From NCBI GenBank assembly GCA_905233845.1, contig CAJOFH010000003.1, positions 7,693-71,692 of the forward strand: a stretch of 64,000 bases of DNA, given 5' to 3'. Source of the stretch: an uncultured Muribaculaceae bacterium (GTDB lineage: Bacteria > Bacteroidota > Bacteroidia > Bacteroidales > Muribaculaceae). Position 1 is the first letter of the stretch. Every line of letters starts with the position of its first letter. Both the position numbers and the translations under genes were made by a program. Shown in pieces: positions 8,427 through 17,538 of the stretch. The notes below the pieces were generated by a model. The model searched no databases. It saw only the letters and a list, made by a program, of their open reading frames with translations, and had not been told where the DNA came from.

Positions 8427-10226
8427 ATGAGCGACGGAAAGTTACATAGATTCAACTGTGACGTGAGCGGCATTGAGCTGCCCTCGCGCTTCACCTATCC
8501 CATGCACTATGTGCCGCATGAGCTGTGCAAGATTGCTGCTCGTGAGGTCATGGACTATGCTTTGAGTCAGGCAGCGTGGCATGATGAACTCCTTGCTGGC
8601 AAGATGCTTGGCGTACTGGTGGTGAAGGATGAGGACGATAAGCTTGGCTTCCTCGCCGCCTACTCGGGCAACCTTGCCCACAACGGCGATAACCCTTACT
8701 TCGTGCCCCACATCTACAACCTGCTTTTGCCACAAGGGCTTTTTCGCACCGGCGAGGCCGAAATCACCGAAATTAACCACCAGATTGAGGCATTGGAAAA
8801 TTCTCCTAAGAGGAAAGAGTTGTTTGAGCTATACGAGACAACACAAACTAACCAAATGATTGAGATTGGAGCGATGATGTCGGCAAATGACGGGGCTAAA
8901 GCTCGTCGCGACGCGTTGCGAGCCGATGGCAAACTCACGTCCGAGCAGGAGAATGAGCTTGTCAAGGAGAGCCAGTTCCAGAAAGCCGAACTTCGTCGCC
9001 TCAAGAAGCGTCACCGCATGGAGCTTGAGCAGATCACGCAAAGATTTAGTGATTTTGAGGCAAATATCAATCATCTCAAAGCTAAGCGTAAAGCTATGAG
9101 TGAGAAACTGCAGCGGCAGTTGTTTAAGCTATTTGTGGTGCGTAACGCCCGTGGCGAGAGCATGGATGTGGCAACCATCTTCGAACGTCGGTTAAACCGC
9201 CTCCCACCAGGTGGCACTGGCGACTGCTGCGCACCTAAATTGCTACAATATGCGTTTCTGCATGGTTACAAACCAGTGTGCATGGCAGAGTTCTGGGTTG
9301 GAGAGTCACCACAAGGCGAGGTTCGTCACCATGGTCATTACTATCCTGCTTGCCGTAGCAAGTGCCTGCCGTTGATGGAATTCATGCTGCAAGGACTTGA
9401 CGTGGAGAGCAATCCGCTTATAGCGACCTCTGGCGACAACGAGGTGAAAGTCGTTTACGAAGATGAGTGGTTGATTGTGGTAGACAAGCCCGCTGGTGTA
9501 CTCACGGTGCCTGGCAAGGACGAGAATGCAATCTCGGCTTTGGAGATTGTGAGCAGAATGAAAAATGCAGAACTGACGAACGAAACAAGAGCAGCGGGCA
9601 AGCTTGCTTGCACTATGCCTTGCAAGGAGCAAGAACGCGAAAGCGAATGCACGCAAAATGCACAATTCCAGGCGCAGCCCAATTATGAATTATGCATTAT
9701 GAATTATGCATTGTTTGAGGTGCATCGCCTCGACCAAGCGACGAGTGGACTGGTGGTCTTTGCCAAGACTCGCAAGACACAAAGCGCTCTGCGCAAGCAG
9801 TTTGAGGAGCGCAAAGTGAGCAAGACTTACGTGGCGCTGCTCGACGGCACGCCACCAAAGAAAGAAGGAATTATTGAGCTGCCGTTGCGCCCCAATCTCG
9901 ACGACCGGCCACGACAGGTGGTGGACCATGAGAACGGCAAACAAGCCATAACAAAATTTCGTGTGCTGGAATACCGAGGCGACAAAACACTGGTGGAGTT
10001 CACTCCCCTCACAGGACGCACTCACCAACTGCGCGTCCATGCCTCACACCCACAGGGCCTTAACTGCCCCATCGTGGGCGATATGCTCTACGGAACCGCC
10101 GCTAGCCGCCTCCATCTCCACGCCCAAACGCTAAGCTTCACCCATCCCATTACTGGACAAGATCTCACGCTAATATCGCAAGCACATCAATTTCAAACAA
10201 CTATAACAACTCAAGAACAACACTAA
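8427..10226 (+). CDS. rluA: RluA-family RNA pseudouridine synthase (long Bacteroidetes form)
   Basis: DKPAGVLTVPGK, HRLDQATSG, TGRTHQLRVH and GD.LYG motifs; N-terminal GDCCAPKLLQYA domain; TAGATTTG promoter box just upstream of MSDGK. Confidence 0.88.
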   Translation: MSDGKLHRFNCDVSGIELPSRFTYPMHYVPHELCKIAAREVMDYALSQAAWHDELLAGKMLGVLVVKDEDDKLGFLAAYSGNLAHNGDNPYFVPHIYNLLLPQGLFRTGEAEITEINHQIEALENSPKRKELFELYETTQTNQMIEIGAMMSANDGAKARRDALRADGKLTSEQENELVKESQFQKAELRRLKKRHRMELEQITQRFSDFEANINHLKAKRKAMSEKLQRQLFKLFVVRNARGESMDVATIFERRLNRLPPGGTGDCCAPKLLQYAFLHGYKPVCMAEFWVGESPQGEVRHHGHYYPACRSKCLPLMEFMLQGLDVESNPLIATSGDNEVKVVYEDEWLIVVDKPAGVLTVPGKDENAISALEIVSRMKNAELTNETRAAGKLACTMPCKEQERESECTQNAQFQAQPNYELCIMNYALFEVHRLDQATSGLVVFAKTRKTQSALRKQFEERKVSKTYVALLDGTPPKKEGIIELPLRPNLDDRPRQVVDHENGKQAITKFRVLEYRGDKTLVEFTPLTGRTHQLRVHASHPQGLNCPIVGDMLYGTAASRLHLHAQTLSFTHPITGQDLTLISQAHQFQTTITTQEQH

Positions 10227-10248
10227 CAACTCTTGTTTTAGTTGTTAA

Positions 10249-10434
10249 ACCCGAATCGGTCATTAGGATTTATGTTAGAATAGAATTTGTTTTGAGTAGA
10301 TTGATTTTTAGAGACTTGAAGACGTAGCGGGCTACGTCAAAAGTCCATCAAAGTCAAGATGCCAAAACAAAGCTATTATTGCATAAATAGACATTTTAAA
10401 AAAACATGACGTCGACCTAATGACCGATTTGGGT
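10249..10434. mobile_element. 186-bp MITE with ACCC-starting terminal inverted repeats (IS982-like)
   Basis: ACCCGAATCGGTCATTAGG (10249-10267) and CCTAATGACCGATTTGGGT (10416-10434) match 18/19; TAA on both flanks; no ORF. Confidence 0.75.
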
Positions 10435-10473
10435 TAAAATGTTGTTCTTGTTGTTTGATTAAAAAGGGGACTC

Positions 10474-12006
10474 TTAGAATCTAACTGTGACTGGTTCACA
10501 AGCTTCGCTCTCGTTGTTGCAGCGGTCGAGGGCAGTGACCACGTAGACGGTGGTTTTGGGAGGAGCCATCTTGTGTTGTGGTGGTATGAGTTTTGGTAGA
10601 GTGATAGATGTTTGATTTGTCACGCGGATAATTGCTCTTGGATTGTCGATGTCGATAGGGACATCTTCTCTGAAAGCATACACCACAAATCTTACTGCTT
10701 CCTGCATGGGGTCGGTAGTCACTGGCGCATCCCACGATAGTACATTCTCGGTTTTGAGTTTGTAGAATCGCAGATTTCTCACTGCCTCTGGTGGCACGTT
10801 GTCAATCCATGTCACGGCAGGGCACAATGCCTTGGTGCTCATTTGGTTGTTTTGCAGTGAATCAAGCACACCTTTATAATTCTTGGTGACTTCATATCCT
10901 GGCCACCATGTCACACCATGAACGTTGGGCAACTCACGCATCAGCTCAATCTTGTGGTTGAGTTGGGTGGGATTTAATGTGTCGGGGATGTCGCGATGAT
11001 CCATCACGTTGCGCACCGATTGACCATAGTACATATGTCGGCCGTTGGCATGTTCGTTCCACCAATAGCTCAGCACAAGGCCGCTCGCTGCCTTGTGTTC
11101 CAATTCCCAGTACAGTTGAGGAGTCATATAGTCGACCCATCCCATCGCTGTCCACTTGGGGCAGTCGGCATAGAGGGCGTCGTAGCACTCCAGCCCGTTG
11201 GTCTCACTGCCATTGCGGTCGTTCTTCTTGTTGCGCCAGATGCCGAAGGGGCTTATGCCAAATCGCACCCACGGCTTGGTGCTCTGAATTGTGTTGTGCA
11301 GCTGTTCGATGAGCATGTCCACGTTGTGACGTCGCCAGTCGCTTTTGTCGCCCCATCCTGCACCATATTTGGCAAATGAAGCGGTATCGGGGAACTCCGC
11401 ACCCTTGACGGGATAGGGGTAGAAATAGTCGTCCATGTGGATAGCGTCGACATCATAACGCGTTATCATGTCGCGCACTACGAGGTTGATAAAGTCTCGG
11501 CTCTCGGGCAATGCTGGGTCGAAATATATCTTGCCGTCGGCATACTTGAGGAACCACTCGGGATGCTTGTAGTAAATGTGTCCTGGCGCAGGTTCGTCTT
11601 TCTCGCTACTTGTCACGCGATAGGGGTTTATCCAAGCGTGCAGCTCCATGCCACGGCTGTGGCATTCGTCAATCATGAACTGCAAAGGGTCCCACAGCGG
11701 GTCGGGAGCTTTGCCTGCCTCGCCGGTGAGCCATCGAGACCAGGGCTCGAGGTCACTGATGTAGGCCGCGTCGGCTTGAGGTCGCACTTGCCAAATGACA
11801 GCATTCACGCCTGCTTCTTGGAGTTTATTGAGCTGGTCTCGCAAGTAGTCTTGTGTCTCTTGTGTGGTCATCTTGGCGTATTGCCCTTGACCGATAATAT
11901 GGAGCCATGCTCCACGGAACTCACGTTTTGGTGCGTTGTCTTGCGCACATGCTGTCAGTGTTGCCAGCATCGCGACTACAACGGCTATTTTTCTTAAGGT
12001 GTTCAT
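10474..12006 (-). CDS. Glycoside hydrolase family 10-like (GHL10/YddW-type) protein
   Basis: EFRGAWL, QVRPQADA.Y.S.LEPWS, HAWINPYR, DAIHMDDYFYPY and PQLYW motifs; C-terminal Fn3-like segment. Confidence 0.85.
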   Translation of the reverse strand: MNTLRKIAVVVAMLATLTACAQDNAPKREFRGAWLHIIGQGQYAKMTTQETQDYLRDQLNKLQEAGVNAVIWQVRPQADAAYISDLEPWSRWLTGEAGKAPDPLWDPLQFMIDECHSRGMELHAWINPYRVTSSEKDEPAPGHIYYKHPEWFLKYADGKIYFDPALPESRDFINLVVRDMITRYDVDAIHMDDYFYPYPVKGAEFPDTASFAKYGAGWGDKSDWRRHNVDMLIEQLHNTIQSTKPWVRFGISPFGIWRNKKNDRNGSETNGLECYDALYADCPKWTAMGWVDYMTPQLYWELEHKAASGLVLSYWWNEHANGRHMYYGQSVRNVMDHRDIPDTLNPTQLNHKIELMRELPNVHGVTWWPGYEVTKNYKGVLDSLQNNQMSTKALCPAVTWIDNVPPEAVRNLRFYKLKTENVLSWDAPVTTDPMQEAVRFVVYAFREDVPIDIDNPRAIIRVTNQTSITLPKLIPPQHKMAPPKTTVYVVTALDRCNNESEACEPVTVRF

Positions 12007-12061
12007 TTGAGGGGTATTAATGGGGTGACAAGAATTAAAACAAATATGAATTGTGCATTTA

Positions 12062-13513
12062 TCAAAGCAGTGGTCCAAACAGTCGCACTATTGACTCCAC
12101 AGCTTTTTGCCACAGAGGTCGTTTACGCCATGCACGCAGACTGATTCGGCTACATTCTTGCATGTCATAAAGCATCACATCACGCATGCGCTGACTGAAT
12201 TCCTTGCTGTAGATTAAAACATTGCTCTCGAAGTTGTGCTCAAAGCTGCGGAAGTCGAAGTTTGTGGACCCAGTAGTAACAAAGTCGTCGTCAATCACCA
12301 CAACCTTGGCGTGCAACATTCCAGGCTCATAGAAGTAAATTTTGATACCTGCAGTAAGGCACTGCTTGACATAAGAGTAGGACGCATATCGCGGCAGGAT
12401 GTTGTCGGGCTTGCGTGGAATCATCAGCCGCACGTCAACCTTACTCAGTGCCGCAACTTGAAGCGACTTGAGAAGGCTGTCGCTGGGCAGAAAGTAAGGT
12501 GTCTGGATATACACGCACTTGCGAGCACTGTCGATGGCTTTCTGGAACACGAACGCCATGTTTACCCATTGACTTGTGGGACCACCTGTCACCAGCTGCA
12601 TACCGATGGGATTGGCGATACTTCCAGGCTCTACCATCGCGACTGGCTCCTCGATGAGCTCACGCTTCATGAAGTTCCAGTCGATAGCAAACGATACCTG
12701 CAATGCCGCTACTATGTCACCCACCACACGCAGGTGTGTGTCGCGCCAGCGACCCATCTTGCCGCCGTCGATATAGCGGTCGGCGATGTTCATGCCGCCA
12801 ATGTATCCCACTTTGCCGTCAATAACCACAATCTTGCGGTGGTTGCGCCAGTTGATGCGGTTGGCAAACTCAGGGAAGGTGATCTGCATAAAGGGGTAGA
12901 CGTCGGCTCCTGCCTTGCGCAGCTTCTTGAAGTAAGACATGTCGAAGTGGAAGGAACCCACGTGATCATAGAGCACTCTCACCTTCACTCCTTCGGCAAC
13001 TTTTTGCTTTAAAATGTCGGCTATCTCGTTGCCAATCTTGTCGTTCTCAATAATGTAGTACTGGATGTGGATGTAACGTTTGGCAGCAAGAAGGTCGCGC
13101 TTGAGAGCATCGAATTTGTCCTTGCCGTTGGTGTAAATCTCTACGTCATTGTTGGCAAGATAAGGCGAACCCTGAACACTGCTCACCAGGTTTATCATCT
13201 GCTGGCGGTCACTCTTATCGTCCTCATAGTGTACCACCTGACGCGAGCGCATGAGGTGCTTGATGTCATCACGGTTGGTGAGCTTGAGCCGTTTTTTGCG
13301 TGAAATCATGCGCACATGTCGCAGACTTCGTCCGAAAAAGATATACAAAATGATACCCACCACAGGCAGCAACACCAGCACGGTAATCCACGCCAGCGTC
13401 TTTACTGGGTTACGATTCTCGCTCACCACAACGCCAATAATGGCTACCGCAGTGATACCATACAAGATGGTAAATATCAACCGAGAATATGGAAACAGTT
13501 CAGCAAGTATCAT
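12062..13513 (-). CDS. cls: Cardiolipin synthase
   Basis: Two HKD motifs (NHRKIVVID, LHAKVVVID) and an N-terminal PLDc_N membrane hairpin. Confidence 0.92.
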   Translation of the reverse strand: MILAELFPYSRLIFTILYGITAVAIIGVVVSENRNPVKTLAWITVLVLLPVVGIILYIFFGRSLRHVRMISRKKRLKLTNRDDIKHLMRSRQVVHYEDDKSDRQQMINLVSSVQGSPYLANNDVEIYTNGKDKFDALKRDLLAAKRYIHIQYYIIENDKIGNEIADILKQKVAEGVKVRVLYDHVGSFHFDMSYFKKLRKAGADVYPFMQITFPEFANRINWRNHRKIVVIDGKVGYIGGMNIADRYIDGGKMGRWRDTHLRVVGDIVAALQVSFAIDWNFMKRELIEEPVAMVEPGSIANPIGMQLVTGGPTSQWVNMAFVFQKAIDSARKCVYIQTPYFLPSDSLLKSLQVAALSKVDVRLMIPRKPDNILPRYASYSYVKQCLTAGIKIYFYEPGMLHAKVVVIDDDFVTTGSTNFDFRSFEHNFESNVLIYSKEFSQRMRDVMLYDMQECSRISLRAWRKRPLWQKAVESIVRLFGPLL

Positions 13514-13547
13514 TTTTTATACTATCGTGGTGAGGGTATTTTTGTAA

Positions 13548-14096
13548 TTAAATGAGTACACCGACAGAGATGTTGTTTATAAAATGGAAAACTACACACA
13601 CTATAAATGGTATAAACTGTGCGAGCCACAAAGGTTTGAGCTTATTGATGAAAAGATAGTAAACCACACAAAGTGTAATCCCTAAAACGCCTTGCAGAGC
13701 AAGCGCCGTGACATATTCCGACACTTGGGGTTTCGCTGGCATTTCAAGGACCATTTCTCTAATATTCTCGTCCCACGGAATGTGCATTAAAGCGAAAACT
13801 ATTTGGACAATGAGTATTGCGATAATCAAAAATGCATAGATGGGAGTCATCTTCTTTATGTTGAGCTTCCGACATAACAAAACAATTGCTGTTGCAACCA
13901 TGAATGGTGGGTAACGAAAGATAGCTTCTTCTTTCATTGCAAGAAGAAAAGACATAATGTCGGCAATAAAGTAACTTCTTTCCGTGTCGGTAATCCAACA
14001 ATAAAAGCGATTCCATGCTATACAAATAACAAGGAGAAAAATCGTCACCAATATTTTCTTGGAGATAGAGCTTAGTTTAAGTTCGGTGATTTTCAT
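13548..14096 (-). CDS. Hypothetical polytopic membrane protein
   Basis: 182-aa hydrophobic ORF, visibly AT-richer than its neighbours, co-oriented in the operon. Confidence 0.6.
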   Translation of the reverse strand: MKITELKLSSISKKILVTIFLLVICIAWNRFYCWITDTERSYFIADIMSFLLAMKEEAIFRYPPFMVATAIVLLCRKLNIKKMTPIYAFLIIAILIVQIVFALMHIPWDENIREMVLEMPAKPQVSEYVTALALQGVLGITLCVVYYLFINKLKPLWLAQFIPFIVCVVFHFINNISVGVLI

Positions 14097-14106
14097 TATC
14101 TATGGC

Positions 14107-14823
14107 TTAACAGTTGAGGAGTACTGGGATATCAGCGAGGGTTTTGATGGTGCCAGGGTGGGTTTGAGCATCTTCGTCGGCTGTCCATCCTTTGCCTTTG
14201 AGCCATAGTGTCTTGCAACCTATAGACTCAGCAGGGAGAATGTCTTTCTTAAGGCTGTCGCCCACAACAAGGACATCATTGGGGTCAAATTCAAGCACAT
14301 CGACTCCGAGCTTGAAAATAACGGGGTTGGGCTTTCGAACTCCTACTACTGCGCTCTCGATAACCCCCTTGAAATACTTGCGCACGTCGAAATCGCGCAG
14401 CACGCTGTCGACATTTCCGTAAAAGTTGCTCACGAGCATCATGGGGTAGTGCTGGCTTAGCAGTTCGAGTGTTGGACGCGCCTCCTCTATCGATGAGCGT
14501 GCTGCATCGTAGCAGTACTGCGCTATCTCGGTAGCCAACGGTTCAATATCGTTGCACTGGAAAAGTCCTTTCTCAACGAGGTCTTTTAGCTCGATGCGCA
14601 TCTTCTTGAGTAGCAAGTCATGGAAGTTGTCGTTTGGGAGGATGTGTCGCACGAGGGCGAGCTCACGCTCAGCCACAACGTAGCTATCGCGGAACTGTTC
14701 CTTGGTGACGGGCACCTGTGCAGCTTGGTATCCTTCCCAAATCACCTCGCTCCAGTGAATACCGTGGCTGTCGATAGTGCCGCCGTAATCAAAGATGATT
14801 CCCTTGATAGGTTCGAAGCTCAT
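14107..14823 (-). CDS. HAD-family hydrolase
   Basis: FDYGGTID motif I, VSN motif II, RKP and VVGDSLKKD. Confidence 0.88.
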   Translation of the reverse strand: MSFEPIKGIIFDYGGTIDSHGIHWSEVIWEGYQAAQVPVTKEQFRDSYVVAERELALVRHILPNDNFHDLLLKKMRIELKDLVEKGLFQCNDIEPLATEIAQYCYDAARSSIEEARPTLELLSQHYPMMLVSNFYGNVDSVLRDFDVRKYFKGVIESAVVGVRKPNPVIFKLGVDVLEFDPNDVLVVGDSLKKDILPAESIGCKTLWLKGKGWTADEDAQTHPGTIKTLADIPVLLNC

Positions 14824-14875
14824 AGTTCAAAGTTCATAGTTGCTGGAAGACGGAATTTGTCCTTCCTGTTTTCTG

Positions 14876-15853
14876 CTAATTCTTTTCATCGTATTTTCCT
14901 GCTTGGAGGTCGCTTGTGAGCTGCTTGCAGAATTTCTCATGTCGCATAGTCATGTACATCATCATGAGGTTCAGCACAACAAGCTCAAAGACGAAGTAGA
15001 GCCACGGCATCTTGATGATTACCGAGATGAACATCGCAATCGTGCGAGTGTTGAAGGTGAGCATGTTGGTAAATTTCATGAGAGGTAAACTCAAGCGGCG
15101 GAAATCGGCTCGGAACTGGTCGGGAGCCACTTCATCGCCAAAGTGTTTCTTGAGCTCTCGTCTCAGCTCCTGCAAATTTGGAGTCATTACTTCCTGATTG
15201 GCAGTGTAGTTGCGATAGAAGAACATGGTGAGCCGCTTCATGAAGTTCTTGCTCCAAGACAGTTGCTTGATTTGCTCGTCGAGTTGCGTTGTGCTGTCAA
15301 GTTCGCTTCCTTCCTCGCCTTTAAGGAAGTATAGGTGGAACTGGCGGTAATAATCGGCCATGGCACACTGCTTGGCATGACTGAGTCCAGCAGCGATGGC
15401 GAGAACCCAAATAATCCATTGATGGTTTTGGAAGAAGTCACCTGGCCATGCGTCGCCAAAGTGGAGCTCGCGGAACACGAGGGCGAAATATATGGCGAAG
15501 AACCAGAGGTCGCCACTCACTCCGTCAAGTATGCGCCCAATCTGGGAATACTGCTTTGTGATTCGCGCCAGCTGTCCGTCGGCGCTGTCGTAGGTGTTGG
15601 CCCAGATGATTAAGAATATACCCAGATAGTTGAGCCAGATGTAAGGCTGCTCACCGAAGTAAAGAAGCACTCCTCCAGCTACTCCCAAGAAAATCGAAGC
15701 GATGGTGACGGCATTAGGTTTAATGCCAAGCTTTGCGAATAGAGTAGCCCATGCAAACCCCAATGGACGGTAGAACCACAGGTCGATGTGCTCCTCGGTG
15801 TCCATCGACTTGAGCGACTCGTTGTATTGTTGTTTTAATTCTTTAAAGTTCAT
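14876..15853 (-). CDS. CDP-alcohol phosphatidyltransferase family protein
   Basis: DSADGQLARITKQYSQIGRILDGVSGD signature. Confidence 0.9.
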   Translation of the reverse strand: MNFKELKQQYNESLKSMDTEEHIDLWFYRPLGFAWATLFAKLGIKPNAVTIASIFLGVAGGVLLYFGEQPYIWLNYLGIFLIIWANTYDSADGQLARITKQYSQIGRILDGVSGDLWFFAIYFALVFRELHFGDAWPGDFFQNHQWIIWVLAIAAGLSHAKQCAMADYYRQFHLYFLKGEEGSELDSTTQLDEQIKQLSWSKNFMKRLTMFFYRNYTANQEVMTPNLQELRRELKKHFGDEVAPDQFRADFRRLSLPLMKFTNMLTFNTRTIAMFISVIIKMPWLYFVFELVVLNLMMMYMTMRHEKFCKQLTSDLQAGKYDEKN

Positions 15854-15900
15854 TATCCTAAATATTGAAGAGTTCCTAAATATTGAAAATTACATTCCTG

Positions 15901-16767
15901 TTAGTGCTGTCGGTTCTTGATAATGTTGATGATGCGCTTAGCAATGTGGGGCGCAGCATCGTTGCGGCACGGAGCAAAACTTGGCCAATCGTTGAAGTCG
16001 ATGATTTTCACGTCACCTTCGGCTCCCACGATGCAGTCGCCACCATAAACTTCTATGTTCAGCTCATCGGCAGCACGGTTGCATATCTGCTTGAGGAACT
16101 TAAGGTCAAACTTCAGCCCTTGCGACTTGCCATTGATGGCTTCGTGACCATACTTGCTGTGGCCCTCGTCGAAGGGGTAGAACCAGAAGAAATAGTTGGT
16201 GCCACGCACTCCGTAGAACTTGATGAGGTCGCCCACCAGGTGCACATTGATTACTGCGCGCTTGATGCCACGCAAGAAATACTCTTGCAGCACCTCTTGT
16301 GCTTCCTCGCTGTGACGCACATAAGAGACATCCTCTTTGTGCATGGCGTGGAAATCGCCTCGCTTGATCCAGCAGCTCTGGAACCCGCTTTTCTCAAGTC
16401 GGTCTTTAACGACCTCATTAGTGTTGACGATGATGCTTTCGGGGTAGGGGATGTCGTTGCCCAAGAGTATGCGTGTCATGCGTTCTCGCGTGCAGTTCTC
16501 GATGCCAAAACCTGAGTTTATCACCAGCTTACCCTCGTTCTCAAGTCGTTGTAGTTTGAGGATAGAAGTGTGCTCGCGACACATATTCATGATGACATCT
16601 TCTTTTATGTCGGTTTTGTTGAACTGCTCCTCGCTGTAGGTGTTCACGATGCAACCTCGCTTGCGAAGTTGCTCGGCTACAGCATTGAAAATAGCGGTGT
16701 CGTTGCCAATGTGGTTAGGGGAGTAGGCGCCAGCCCTCATTACTCCTGCTATGTTGATATCGGCCAT
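15901..16767 (-). CDS. ATP-grasp-like protein of unknown function
   Basis: WIKRGD, YGGDCIV and KIIDFNDWPSF resemble ATP-grasp ligase motifs. Confidence 0.6.
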   Translation of the reverse strand: MADINIAGVMRAGAYSPNHIGNDTAIFNAVAEQLRKRGCIVNTYSEEQFNKTDIKEDVIMNMCREHTSILKLQRLENEGKLVINSGFGIENCTRERMTRILLGNDIPYPESIIVNTNEVVKDRLEKSGFQSCWIKRGDFHAMHKEDVSYVRHSEEAQEVLQEYFLRGIKRAVINVHLVGDLIKFYGVRGTNYFFWFYPFDEGHSKYGHEAINGKSQGLKFDLKFLKQICNRAADELNIEVYGGDCIVGAEGDVKIIDFNDWPSFAPCRNDAAPHIAKRIINIIKNRQH

Positions 16768-16788
16768 ATTATTAATATTTTTGTGTAA

Positions 16789-17490
16789 TTATTTGCTGCT
16801 GATAAAATCTTGAGCGACGGCAATATCGCTTGCATGGTCCACATCGATAATCTTGTCGATGCTAAACGCTTTAAGTTTCATTCCAGCCTCAATGAGTGCG
16901 CGCTGGAAGTTTCGCATGCGTGATACTCCTCGTTCAATGCAATTGTTGAGCACTGGGAACGCCTTGTCGCTCATGGCGTAAATGCCACCCGACACATATT
17001 TGACTCCATTGAAAGGTTTGTCACAAAACGCCTTGATGTTCATGCTTCGGTCAACATCGACATATAGCGGCTTTTCGTCCTCGATAAATGGTGTGACTGC
17101 CCACATTCCGTCGTGTTGAGTGTCGGCCTCGAAGGCTGCAATGTAACGTGCGAAATCCTCCTCACGGAAGATGGTGTCAACCGTCGTGAGGCAGAACTTC
17201 CCATGCTTCATCATCTTGCTCAGCTCCCAAAAGCTGTGCATGGAACTGGGCGTAGACTTCACAATCACGTTGAGTGGGGCATCAATCTCTACGTTATCGA
17301 GAAAATGTTGTACTTCGGGCATGAAGTCGTTGATGATAACCGATATGCTTTCGGCATTGCATCGACAAAAAATGTTCATGAGCCTCAATATCATGGGTTC
17401 ACCGTTAAGCTCAACCAAAGGTTTTGGTTTGGCAACTCCCTCTTGTGCCAATCGTGAACCTTCGCCAGCTGCTATTATCGCGTAGTGCAT
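16789..17490 (-). CDS. Nucleotidyltransferase (NTP_transferase family)
   Basis: IIAAGEGSRL..EG...PKPLV signature. Confidence 0.88.
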   Translation of the reverse strand: MHYAIIAAGEGSRLAQEGVAKPKPLVELNGEPMILRLMNIFCRCNAESISVIINDFMPEVQHFLDNVEIDAPLNVIVKSTPSSMHSFWELSKMMKHGKFCLTTVDTIFREEDFARYIAAFEADTQHDGMWAVTPFIEDEKPLYVDVDRSMNIKAFCDKPFNGVKYVSGGIYAMSDKAFPVLNNCIERGVSRMRNFQRALIEAGMKLKAFSIDKIIDVDHASDIAVAQDFISSK

Positions 17491-17538
17491 TTGTTTAGTT
17501 TTTTGTTGTTATGATAGTAATCGTGTATCACTTCCTAC

